DNA of 63,897 bases, the filler included, from Dicyema japonicum (Eukaryota; Animalia; Dicyemida), in NCBI GenBank assembly GCA_011109175.1. It is 6 parts of 6 records of this genome, joined end to end, with 100 filler letters (N's around TTAATTAATTAA, not from the genome) between each part and the next. Parts side by side here need not be neighbours in the genome. Positions count along the whole stretch, not along the records: positions 20,676 to 45,551 come from RDEW01000028.1; positions 45,652 to 54,961 come from RDEW01000148.1; 4 more parts are not named here. One strand, given 5' to 3'. Below are positions 36,290 to 47,777 of this stretch, piece by piece. Position 1 is the first letter of the stretch. The number at the start of each line of letters is the position of its first letter. Position numbers and translations under genes: made by a program. Below the pieces are notes generated by a model. The model worked only from the letters and a program-made list of their open reading frames with translations, did not search any database and was not told the origin of the DNA.

Positions 36290-37518
36290 TCTCGGCATGC
36301 TGACTTGTGATGATGCTGAAGACTTTAGAGTTTTTTTTGTTGAACAGTATGGTAAAGCAGTTTGTTTGATATGCAACTGCGTCATTAATTCATTGAAAAA
36401 TTTTACTATTGAACGTCATTATAAGAAGCACTCCGAGATATACAATTTATATCTTGGAGAGTCAAGGAAAAAAAACTCAATTTAAAGAAGACATTTAAAA
36501 ATCAGTCCTCAATATTTAAACCGGTGGAAAATAAGCATCAGTTATTAACGTCTTATAAAATTAGTCACCTTCTTGCTGCAAATATGAAACCTTATTCTAA
36601 TGCAGAAATTATTAAAACTGCTATTTCCATTTTTTGTGATGAATGTTGTCCATCAAATATACAAAATATTGCAAAACGATTACCATTAAGTAATGATACT
36701 ATTAAAAGAAGAATAAAATGTATTTCTGAGGTCCTTACCCGTCAGCTAATCAAGTTCTTTACTATTAAAAATAATTTTTTTAGAACATCGAAAGATTTTT
36801 TATATTATTCTTTTGCTGTCGACACGAGTAAAGATATCTCTGATACCGAACAAATGGTCATATGCATTAGAGGTGTCACTTCGGATTCTGAAATTTTTGA
36901 AGAATTTTTTTCTCTTCGTTCATTAAAAGGCTCTACAAAAGGAATTGATGTACTCGACGAATCCTTGAAAGTATTAAAGAATTTTACATTGATCCTTCCA
37001 AATTAATTTCTATTTGTACTGATGGGGGGCGAATATGATTGGTCGTAATAAAGGGTTTCATGGACTTTTTTCAGAATGGAGACTTGAAAAAAATCTTGAT
37101 CCTATATTTTGGCAACATTGTCTCATTCATCAGGAGAATATAATCGCAAAGTCACTTAAAATGCAAAATGTAATAAGTACGGTGTTGTCCATTGTGAATT
37201 GGATACGTGGTAAATCTCTCAATCACAGGAAATTTAAACAAATATTAGTGGAAATTGACACAGTCCATAGTGACGTGCTTTATCATACCACTGTTCGATG
37301 GTTGAGTCGTTCCGTGTGCCTTAAGAGGTATATTTGCTTGAATAGAAGTTAGATTTTATGAACTACTCCCTCAAATAAGAGAATTTGTTAAAAACAACAA
37401 ATACCATGATTTGTTGAGCAGTAAAGAGTGGATTGCCGATTTAGCTTTTTGGGTAGATCTAACCTCTCATTTATCCTCGTTAAATTGTGAATTACAGGGG
37501 AAATATAAATTCTGCCAN
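36290..37518 (+). mobile_element. hAT transposase, SPIN/GTF2IRD2/EPM2AIP1-like, frameshifted
   Basis: AVCLIC...IERHY, PLSNDTIKRRI, SFAVDTSKDISDTEQ, HCLIHQE, VRWLSR and WIADLAF motifs. Confidence 0.9.
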
Positions 37519-37915
37519 NNNNNNNNNNNNNNNNNNNNNNNNNNNNNNNNNNNNNNNNNNNNNNNNNNNNNNNNNNNNNNNNNNNNNNNNNNNNNNNNNN
37601 NNNNNNNNNNNNNNNNNNNNNNNNNNNNNNNNNNNNNNNNNNNNNNNNNNNNNNNNNNNNNNNNNNNNNNNNNNNNNNNNNNNNNNNNNNNNNNNNNNNN
37701 NNNNNNNNNNNNNNNNNNNNNNNNNNNNNNNNNNNNNNNNNNNNNNNNNNNNNNNNNNNNNNNNNNNNNNNNNNNNNNNNNNNNNNNNNNNNNNNNNNNN
37801 NNNNNNNNNNNNNNNNNNNNNNNNNNNNNNNNNNNNNNNNNNNNNNNNNNNNNNNNNNNNNNNNNNNNNNNNNNNNNNNNNNNNNNNNNNNNNNNNNNNN
37901 NNNNNNNNNNNNNNN

Positions 37916-38489
37916 CTTTTTTTCTGTATTGATACATTCGTCTTGAATGGGAAAAAAGTTCAAAGCTACATTCGTCGGAGAAAATAACTTTCCTCCATCC
38001 GCTGTCGGAAATTGCAAGAAATTTTTTAGATATTTCATATCTGAGGGCAATATTTTTTGAACTTAGACATGGTCGTTTCTTTACAACACGTCCATACAAA
38101 CCTTTTGAGTTTAAGATTTTTGTTATTGTTCGTGCTGAGACTTTTTTTTGTGTAATTTTTTCCATTTCTAAAGACAAGGTAGCTGCGGTTCGAAAATTAT
38201 CGCTTGATAATGATAAAAGAATCTTAATTTCATCTTGACTTAACTTAGGTGGCCTTCCGGATCCAGCCTTTCTGCACGTAATCCCGGATTTTAAATATTT
38301 TTGAACAAAGTCCCAAACAGTAGTCTTCGGTATATTGACGATGTCCGAAATCATTTTATATGAGAAATTTTGATTATATAAAGATATAACTTGTCCTTGT
38401 TCGAAATTATTCATTTCTGTCTAATAAAAATCGTATTTTACGGTTTGACAAATTACCGTTCGGAATTTTTTGTCACTCAGAATTTACTG
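37916..38489 (-). mobile_element. Tc1 transposase 5' half with TIR
   Basis: HTH region, GSGRPPKL, VSARTI and WRKVIFSDE; TIR begins cagtaaattctgag at 38489; runs into a gap. Confidence 0.9.
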
Positions 38490-38583
38490 TTCTTTACTTA
38501 AAAATAAAGTGTGTGTCTTGCCTATGCGGGGTCATAAAGTACTATGGCTCTCGTGACAAGGCTAATAATAATAATAATAATAG
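38490..38583 (+). mobile_element. SINE family A tail-only copy
   Basis: aataaagtgtgtgtcttgcctatgcgg...ggctctcgtgacaagg(ctaa)(taa)n. Confidence 0.8.
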
Positions 38584-38729
38584 AAAACACGTTTCTGCTT
38601 TAATTATTAAAATTATATGTTCGAATATCTATTTAAATATAAAAATAGTTAAAATAATACAAATAAAGAAGCTCAAATAAATTATTTTATTGAAAATGAT
38701 TAAAAATTTGCTTAAAATTAAGCGTTCGG

Positions 38730-38862
38730 ATTTTAATGTCGAGGGGTGTATGTGTTGGAGATTCCCCTGACATTAAAAGTGACGATAGATAGTCCCAACA
38801 TTGAATTTAGGTGTTTAACAGACATTGTGCAATAGAGCTACGTCACCAGCTCAACCAAAAAA
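38730..38862 (-). mobile_element. 5' start of an RTE-like LINE (APE N-terminus only)
   Basis: MSVKHLNSMLGLSIVTFNVRG, with a leader shared with 7621-7666. Confidence 0.7.
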
Positions 38863-38949
38863 GACTGGTAGCTCTTAAAAATGAGAAAAAAAATGAATAT
38901 GGCAAATACATGATTCAATATTTGATTAAAAATTATTTTAAATCCCCTT

Positions 38950-39190
38950 TATTAATAAAAAGAAAATAATTAACTAATTAATTGCCTAACTATATCCAGA
39001 GGCTTCGAAGTTCCTAACTATGTCCTGATTAAGCAGAACTCCAGATTGCCGGCCAATGTCGCGGTGAAACTGGCTAGCCGCCCGGTAAGATCTTGTGTGG
39101 GCTTGTGGGATGAGGTCCGAGCAAGGATGAGGCCCCTGTTGAGTGCATCGGGATCACGCGACTTTTTGTCCGGTTTTTACCGTGGTCTTG
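38950..39190 (-). mobile_element. RLE retroelement 3' UTR/tail fragment
   Basis: Tail ...ttaggcaattaattagttaatt matches 40090-40140 and 53860-53895. Confidence 0.55.
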
Positions 39191-40084
39191 GTGTTTAAAT
39201 AATAATAGCATACACATTATTATTTACTGCCTCTTAGAACCCTTCTAATAATAAACTAAACTGAGACCTTAAATGAACACCGCTGTCACGCGAATTTTTT
39301 GCAAATGAAAATGTTCCTACATTTTAATCTCAGTTGCATTTTATTGCAGCATACCGCAATGTTATGTAGACTTGCTATATATCTTCTAACTCTTGATATA
39401 TTTGAAAGTTTTTATATCACAATTCTTTAAATGTAAGCAAATTTTGCAAAGCATTTTACATTTATTTTCAATTTAGAAATTCGATCCAGTATCTAAAATT
39501 TGATAATACAAAGTTCAATAATTAGTCAATTTTAAATCAACTACTAGTTTTTCCAATTTCAATAGAAGTACTTATATAATTAAATAGTTAAAATAAACTG
39601 TACCAATAATAAATTAAAGTTTTGTTTTTTATTCGATAATGTACTTTATCTACAGAATGTCAAAGTTACTTTAAAATAAATGAAAACTAAAGTACAAAAT
39701 TTAGTACAAACATTGGAGTATTTAAGTAAATTTTTAATAAAATAATAAATTATGTGTTTATTTGCCATATTAATTTTTGTTTTCATTTTTAAAAGCTACC
39801 AGTCTCCAATATCAATGGATGATACGCTCGATCAGATAGTCGGAAAATTATTTATTAACTTTATAGACAGAGGATTACGCAGCTTCTCCTCAAATAAACC
39901 AACCTAGTATTCATTAATTTTTCTATTGTTAGAGACCGAATTTATCCCCAGGAATAGACCTCGATGTAATATAGAAAATCACAATTTTTATTTAGACGAC
40001 CGTTTTTATTCTAATGAAAGTAATGACGATGAAGATAATCATGCAAGGTAATGAAAATTGCATGATTTTTATACTAAACCAATT

Positions 40085-40340
40085 CATCCTTTATTAATAA
40101 AGAGAAACTAATTAACTATTTAATTGCCTAAGTGCTGAGCCTTCGAAGTAAACAAGGGGTGACACTCCACACATCCCCTTCCTTTCTTATTCCTTTTCTC
40201 TGGCTCTGCAAACTTCTGCGAATGTGCAGTCCAGTGCTCTCGCTGACTAAATGTCAGGAAAGGACTGGATCGGCGAGCATCAAACAAGAAACTCTCTAGA
40301 GTCCTCTTAAGAACAGATGACTCCATATAGGCCTGTAGAC
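40085..40340 (-). mobile_element. RLE retroelement 3' fragment
   Basis: MESSVLKRTLES plus the family tail. Confidence 0.7.
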
Positions 40341-40519
40341 TTGTCTACACCTAACTGTTTTAAGTACCCTCTGTGGTATTTAGTGACCAGTCCATCCGAC
40401 ATCCGATGTCATCACTCGGGTAACCGCAAATATGACCTAAAAAATTTCAAATATGACCGATAAAATATGACTTATATGACCTTAAACGAAATAAATAATT
40501 TTATAATGCTGTTTCCAAA

Positions 40520-40957
40520 AAGAGTTTTGTTGAAATGAATGAGTCACACAACGGACATGAAATAAGAAAAGATCGTATGAAACTTCTTTTGTGTTGCAGT
40601 TTCACAGGAGAAAAATATAAACCGCTTATAATTGGGCGTACGAAGTCACCAAAAGTATTAAAGGTGTGGATCTGAAAGAAATCGGCATTGAATATGATAC
40701 TTCGTACAAAGCCTGGATTACAAAAATATATTTTTGAAAATTGGTTATCTCGATTTAACGAGGAAATGAGGAGAAAAGAAGGAAAATAGCATTGTTAATT
40801 GAAAATGCAACTTGTCATGCTGTTTCTGCCAAACTTTCAAACATCGATGTAATATTTTTTCCAAAAAATACAAGTTCCTTAATTTAGCCATGTGACCAAA
40901 AGATAATAAAGGAATTTAAGAATCATTTCAATAACTGTCTGATGAAAACGATTATAA
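40520..40957 (+). mobile_element. pogo/Tigger DDE_1 transposase fragment
   Basis: KDRMKLLLCCSFTGEKYKPLIIG, KAW, LLIENATCH and FFPKNTSSLI*PCDQ. Confidence 0.8.
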
Positions 40958-41185
40958 AATGTAAACAGCACTACCGCGTTGTCATAAGCACCTCAGTGCC
41001 TAGGGTTTCGCTCGTGCAAGCCACACAATTCTTTTTAAGAGCAAGAGAGAACAAGAAAGTTAGGTATTCTAATTAAATCCGCATAAGCAGGTCCTTTTAA
41101 TTTCTCTTGTCTTAAGTTTTTCTTTTTTATTGTAGTAAGCTCGACATCCCATCCGGAGATCCGTGTATGATGAGATGTCCATGAC
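40957..41185 (-). mobile_element. SINE family B, 5'-truncated copy
   Basis: Near-identical to 42412-42680. Confidence 0.8.
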
Positions 41186-42411
41186 AGGTTATATTCGACA
41201 CTAATAAGGACGGAAGACTAGATTTACAAGAAATTGCTCGGTAAAATGAATTTATTATGTTCCAGGTTGCTTCCGATAAAAGAAAAATTCACAGAGAATA
41301 AATGGATAAAAACACATGGAATTCTTACCAAACAAGATATCGACAGAATTTTTAAGTTTGTAGAAAAAATCAATTTTTAGAAGAATCTCTAAGGAACACA
41401 CTGATTCAATGAATATTTACGAATTGACAGAATTTGTTAAGGAATTATATGAAATTTTAAATCAAGTTATTAAAAATAATATTTTAAATAAAAACTATAG
41501 ACCTATTCGAATAGAGATATAAAAGAAATCTGCGACATTCTATTAAAGATATCTCCTGATCAAAATAGAATTGATAAAGAAAACACTTTTATCCATTATT
41601 ATGTCATATAAATTGTAGTGTAATAATTTTAAATAAAATTTATTTTAACTACTAGATTGTCGAGTTGCTCTCACAAATTAGTGGTAATTTTGCCATCAAA
41701 AAATATTCGTTAGTTCATTGAAAAATATTCGTCTTCTTTCTCTAAGATTAGTACCTGGTATTTTAAAAATAATAAATTTCCATTTTCTTTACTCTATAAA
41801 TGATTTTTAAAAAGGAATAAAGTTTTAGAGATAAGTTATTAGAAAATAATAAATCTCCAGAATTTAATTTGACTAACTAAAATGACCGTCGTAAGTCTTC
41901 CTGAGTATATCTCATTTATTAGTTCTCTAACCAAAATATTTCAATTCCTTTCGACAAATCTCCTACAATACTTTTAAACTACATCATATAGATAGATTAT
42001 AGACATCAAAACACTTTTAGAAAATAGCGATGTTTAAATTATGGTCCTAATGTTACACATAAAATCGTCTTGTTGTGTACTTTTTTCATAATAATAAAAA
42101 ATCTCGCCGACAAAATGAATTGTTAGAAACATAACATATAGGAAACGTTTCATTTTATGTCTTTCGGAGCAAGAATCTACAATGTATCTTCTCCAAAACT
42201 ATTTTAAAAATTTGTATGTGTAGTCATTAATCATATTATCACATATAAACCCTCAAAATCTCTCCCAAGCTTTCGCCATCATGAACTTTTTATTTTGACG
42301 CATCATCTTTTGATTTTTTCCCGATACACAGTTAGTCTGTTTTCGGGCACACTGTCACTGTCGACAGTATAAATGAGAATCTTCGTCCATGGATATGATG
42401 GATGCGAGAAA

Positions 42412-42787
42412 AAAAATGTAAATAGCACTACCGCGTTGTCATAGGCACCTCAGTGCCTAGGGTTTCGCCCGTGCAAGCAACACAATTCTTTTCAAGAGCA
42501 AGAGAGAACAAGAGAATTAGTTATTCTAATTAAATCCGAATAAGCAGGTCCTTATAATTTCTCTTGTCTTAAGTTTTTCTTTTTATTGTAGTGCGGCAGA
42601 TTAAAACGTTGGGAAACTCGGCATCTCATCCGGAGATCCAATCCACGCGGAGTCCGTGTATGATGAGATGTCCATGAAGGCCTTTACTCGTCAAACCCGA
42701 ACGAAGCTCCAGCACAGGGAGCCGCTGAGACTCGAACCCACAACCATAAGAGATACCGAGAGGTTCTAGACCACTCAGCCACCTGGC
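42412..42787 (-). mobile_element. Full-length tRNA-derived SINE family B
   Basis: A box GGTGGCTGAGTGG, B box GGTTCGAGTC, shared core, and tail hairpin taggcac-tgag-gtgccta. Confidence 0.85.
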
Positions 42788-42789
42788 TA

Positions 42790-43282
42790 AAAGACCGAAT
42801 TATCTATGATAAAAATCATGCAGCACTTGAAAAAGTTTTTGAATATGACTGTCGGGAAAAAGAAGACATCGGAGAAAGTCTGATTGATTCGGATATTGTA
42901 GAAAATGAGATTTTGAAGAGTTTCTGCGATAATAACAGTAGTGATGAAGAGGACTGCAGCGAACAATTTCTGCAACATTTGGATGATCAAAAAGTTATAA
43001 ACAATGCGCATTGCTAAATGTTATTAAGTAAGAGACTCCAGAAAAGGTACCTGAACTATTCAGATTCAAAGCAAATATTATGAGTTCGATGCGAAAAAAA
43101 CAAAAAACTCGATTAAAATTAACTGATTTTTTTATTAAAAAATAAAAATTTTAGTTATCCGTCTTGGTCTTGGTTGTATTAAGGTAGGATATCAAACAGG
43201 AGAGACCTAAATTTAAGGAAAACCCTCTTTTTGGGGAAAACCTCAAAATTGGGGAAAAATTTCCCAATTCGGGGTCGCACTG
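42790..43282 (+). mobile_element. pogo-like 3' end with TIR
   Basis: Acidic C-terminal coding residue, then ggggaaaa repeats and ggggtcgcactg|ta. Confidence 0.6.
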
Positions 43283-43347
43283 TAGTCATAAAAAACTTAA
43301 GTAGTTTATAATTTTTAGTTTAAAAAATCCCCCCATTAATAAAAATA

Positions 43348-45425
43348 TCAAAATTTTCCATTAAAACAAAATTCCGCCATAACAATTTCAATATTTCCAT
43401 CTATAGATGCAATCAAATATTTGTTAAAAGAATTATCTACCCCACAAACAGCACTTTTCCGAATTTTGAGAAACGTATGAGGTGACAATGCCAGCCTTAC
43501 TAATATTCCGACATGTCCCATACTACAAAACATTCAAGAATATGCCAAACATTATAAACAACCGAAGACCTGTCAAAGTAAGTAAAAAGTGACTGCGTCC
43601 CACAAAGTGAATACATTTGAGACGAAGGTAAAATTTGAGGAAAAGTTTTCGGAATCAAATCTCCATAAAGCACTTCTGTTGCCAACTCTCCTAGATCGAT
43701 AATATCAACCACACTATTTTGGTCAATAACGTGGAACTATAAATAATAAACCATAAATCCACACCATTCCATCATGACTGGTACAATATAAGGTGTTCTT
43801 TTCGGGAGAAGTAATTGTCAATATTGGTGTTGAAGAGAGTCGTGTTTGTGAGTGCTGCTGTTTCTTATTATCTCTGATATCTTAGCATTATTGCTAAGTA
43901 GATAGACCATAAGAATGTAAAACTCCATCGGAAGAACCCACATAAAGAACAAACGGAGATTCTGGCTCGAATAAGAGGGCAACTGGTCCTTCATAATCTA
44001 AATAAAATGATCTCTATAACTTGATTAAAAATAAAAACTGTTGATTTAAACACATTTGTGTCATAAATGGAAATCTTATCACGTCCAACTAATTTGCTGT
44101 GCCACTGCAAACTGTGCCCCATCTGAATCTCCTACAACGTTAAGTACGCTAAAATATTAAATGAGTCCCCCACAAACCTGCACGGCTGTTTGTCAACCCG
44201 CACATTTTTTGTATATTCTTTACACCCGACATCAAACAGTCGTAATTGTCCTTCAAGAGACCCAATTGCTATCTATCTAAGCTACCTTCCATAATTAATA
44301 CAAGAGACTCGGTAGTCCCAATCCACTCCACGGATGTTATAACAGATTTTGACGTCAGTGTTTGAATTGTTTCGTTGCTGTCGAAATTTGGGTGCCATAT
44401 TCTTTCAAGTAATAAAGGGCTAATAACCGGGCTATTCCTTCATCGTCAAGACTTGCCACCAAAGTTCCGTGTCGGTTAAACTTTGCTTCGATAACTCGAG
44501 AATTATGTCCAGTATAATTAATCTTTAAATTAAAAAACGTTATTTGGAATACTTTTTTAAGTATTTTTGATTCGTTTTGAATTTGCTGCTCATTTAGTTC
44601 ATCTGATAGAGGAGTATTCTATTTAAGAATAATTAAATAAACTAAAACCTCGACTTGGTCGTTTCCAACATAATTAAATAATTTCGACCATCAAATCATC
44701 TTCTTCGTCGTTAGACAAAATATTTAGAACCTAATCTCGTTTATTATAAAAATGTACATACAGAATTTGTATTCAGTGTCTGCTCTGGAACCAAAGTGAC
44801 ACCAAGGCGAGATTCGTTTACTAATCTGACAAGAGATGGAGGGGACAGGTTCTTGAAGACGAAAACAAGGAAATTATAAAGGGACAGGGTTGTCGCCTCT
44901 TGCCACTGACGGGTAAAATAAGCGGAAAATATTTTAACATTTTCTGGATTTTTGTGTACGGAAGGACTAAAAATATACGGGATCACATAAACCAAGCCAA
45001 TTTACCCAATCTGGGTTATCAGAAATGATTTGTTGATTTTTTTTCAAAAAATTCCACAATTTTTGTGAATTGTCTGGCGGAAGAAGCTCTGATAAGGTAC
45101 AGTCGTAGAATTGACGTATGGAGATGTTTAATGGTCTTTTCGTGGAGTTCCATGAATTGGCAGAAGAAATGACTTTGAAGGAAATCCCAGTAGGACTCGA
45201 GGGCTGCCATGTCAAAGTTCGCAATTAAATTCAGAAAAATGATCGAGGATCAGCTTAGGCTGAAAATAAAACTATTTAAATTAAACGTGCATCTGTTTTT
45301 TAGGACTGCTAAGCTCATTTGCCAACATTTTTGAAGTTAAAATAAATCCTCTATAAACTAAATATTCGTTGACCATGTTGTCTAGTTCAGATTATTAGAT
45401 TGGGAGGTATTCCTATATTTTTCAT
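43348..45425 (-). pseudogene. WDR91: WD repeat-containing protein 91 homolog, multi-exon, disrupted
   Basis: ELDNMVNEYLVYRGF, MAALESYWDFL, FSAYFTRQW...SLYNFL, VASLDDEG, SVITSVEW...GQLRLFD and LIASIDGNI follow the domain order of animal WDR91 as I recall it; several homopolymer frameshifts. Confidence 0.8.
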
Positions 45426-45928
45426 TCCACAACTATGAACTAAATAAAGTCATATACAGCTAACAAAAATAATTGTTAATGTTATTATAAATTCATAGTA
45501 ATATTTGTAAATATTAATTTAATTAATTTTTTATAAAATATAATAAAATCANNNNNNNNNNNNNNNNNNNNNNNNNNNNNNNNNNNNNNNNNNNNTTAAT
45601 TAATTAANNNNNNNNNNNNNNNNNNNNNNNNNNNNNNNNNNNNNNNNNNNNGGCTACAGTGAACCAGTCACAACTTTATTAATTGATTTCTTATTAATTT
45701 CATTCGACAAGGTGATACATTTTCTACATTTTAAAGCTTTGGTAAGGCAATTAAAAGCAATGAAAAGACAACATTTTAGAATAAACTGGGAATAAAAGTG
45801 GAAAAATAGTATATCAAGCTTGACACCGTATTTTTTAAATTAAATATATTTTCCCTTTAGATCTAGAATATCATAAATCATGCAACATGACTTCTTAAAT
45901 GGTTAATAGATTAGTTAGAGTTATTATG

Positions 45929-46694
45929 TTAATAAAATTTGCGATATTTAGCAAATATGCCAAGACCCTAGATATTATTAGAATAAATTTGATAACTGTA
46001 AGTATACAAATAAGAACTGCTCCAATGATTAAATAAATTTAATATTTCGTTAATAAATCATCAAATCTTGTGATACATCCCTAAAATTATATCCATTATT
46101 AAATTACAGTGGTATATATAGTAGTCATGCCTTTTGAAAAACAACTTTGAGGTAGGGGAACATCTGGACTATAATCAGCTTCGGAGTCTGCACCACAACA
46201 TTTGAATGTTTTTTGAATAAAATTAAGGTTTTTGGAATTAACATTGAAATTTTTAATTTCTCTTAGCAGTTCTTTCCGTAGCAAGCCTATAATCTATGGT
46301 TAAAACTATAATCATTAACTTGTGGTTTTTTCAAACAATAAATAATTGTTGCAGCAAAGACCAAAGAAAATACACAAAATAGACATATCGAGAACTAGTT
46401 GTTACACTTATTTTTAATTCTTACAAGAATACTGCAACATCGATTATCATTTCTAAAACAATAACAAATTCCGGACAGCATTCCTATAAATGCGAATAAT
46501 CCTGAAAAGAGAATCATAATTCCAGTTATTAGTAAATGAATATTATTTTGCATGTTTTTCTGAATAGCATCTTTTAATATTACTACTCCGGCATAACTGC
46601 CTAGTCCTCCAATGACCTGTTGTTCAAATTATAGCAGATATACCCCCAAAAGAATTATATTTACTGTGATCAGAAAGTTAGAACAAAACGCCAT
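45929..46694 (-). pseudogene. Tetraspanin, four introns, one premature stop before TM4
   Basis: TM1-3, FKCCG motif, PQSC and GC; introns at 46617-46643, 46395-46424, 46294-46319 and 46081-46107; TAA at 46039-46041. Confidence 0.85.
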
Positions 46695-46809
46695 ATCTTC
46701 TGTAATTTAACGCTACTTTTAATTTTTAAACATTTAAATGAGTGGTGTGTATATTGACCACACTGAGTATTTAGTTTTATTTCATTTGTGACAAAAATTA
46801 AAGTTCCTC

Positions 46810-47455
46810 ATTTCTCTGTCCTCCGTTTTCAGGCCGTACCCCAGTCAAAAATAAAAAATATTGGATTCCGTATGCTTGATAGGTTCCATTGATGTCTCGT
46901 GGTGGCTAGTTCCTTCATTCAGTCGCTCATTGATTACCCCAACATCCATTGCAATACTTGCTACGTTATTCGCCGCCGTAGTTAAGAGTTTGTGTTCCGG
47001 ACGCATGCTCTCTAATGTCTTTTTAATCACGATCGTCTGGGCATAGGCACGAATCTTCGACTTTTAGGGAGTTTTGGTGATGCTTGTAAAATTTGGATAC
47101 TATTCCATCCCACGTGAGAACTAGTGGTACGACGTTCACTTTTGCATTGTGGATTAACTTCAATTCGCTCGCCAAGAGATCGTATTTATGTAATTTTTCG
47201 ACTTCCACATGTTTCAAGATTGTTGAGAAGCAATCCCAACTTCGATGAGCGTAATGATGTTCCGAACTTTGTCGTAGACAAAAATATCCGGTTTATTATT
47301 ATTGACTTTAGTATCCGTCTTGATCGTCGTGTCCACCCGTATTTCAACCACCTCATTAGAGACAGTCGACTGAACGGAGTGGGTCTTCAACTTAGACTGG
47401 AGTGGGTCTTCAACCTAGACTGTTTTATCCCATATTGTCGGCAGATGTGCCAGTG
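46810..47455 (-). mobile_element. RLE retroelement 3' part
   Basis: HSVQSTVSNEVVEIRVDTTIKTD...NKPDIFVYDK...VEVEKLHKYDLL...LTWDGIV...KKTLES. Confidence 0.85.
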
Positions 47456-47509
47456 AANCTTTTTTCTAAGTATTATTTTACTCAAAATCAGGCCTGGTAT
47501 GCGCGGGCC

Positions 47510-47767
47510 ACTTTCCTCACAAAGTTTGTCCTCAAGAAGCATCCATCTCCTCCAGGTTCACTAACTAAATTTCCCTTTAAGAGAAAAGAGTTTTCTATCC
47601 ATGAACGCCTCCAGGTTGTCCCAGATGCCAGAGCCCAAGCTTTCCTCACAAAGTTTGTCCTCAAGAAGCATCCATCTCCTCCAGGTTCACTAACTAAATT
47701 TCCCTTTAAGAGAAAAGAGTTTTCTATCCATGAACGCCTCCAGGTTGTCCCAGATGCCAGAGCCCAA
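47510..47767. repeat. Exact ~129-bp tandem duplication
   Basis: ctttcctcacaaag...gccagagcccaag present twice. Confidence 0.9.
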
Positions 47768-47777
47768 GTAATATAGC

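Noticed and set aside
16097-46041. Stop-codon reassignment (TAA/TAG read as an amino acid) explaining the in-frame stops
   Set aside because: The stops replace different expected residues (Trp in CARS1, probably Leu in tetraspanin, Lys-like in NDUFS2), co-occur with frameshifts, and TAA terminates the ETS and glypican-like ORFs normally.
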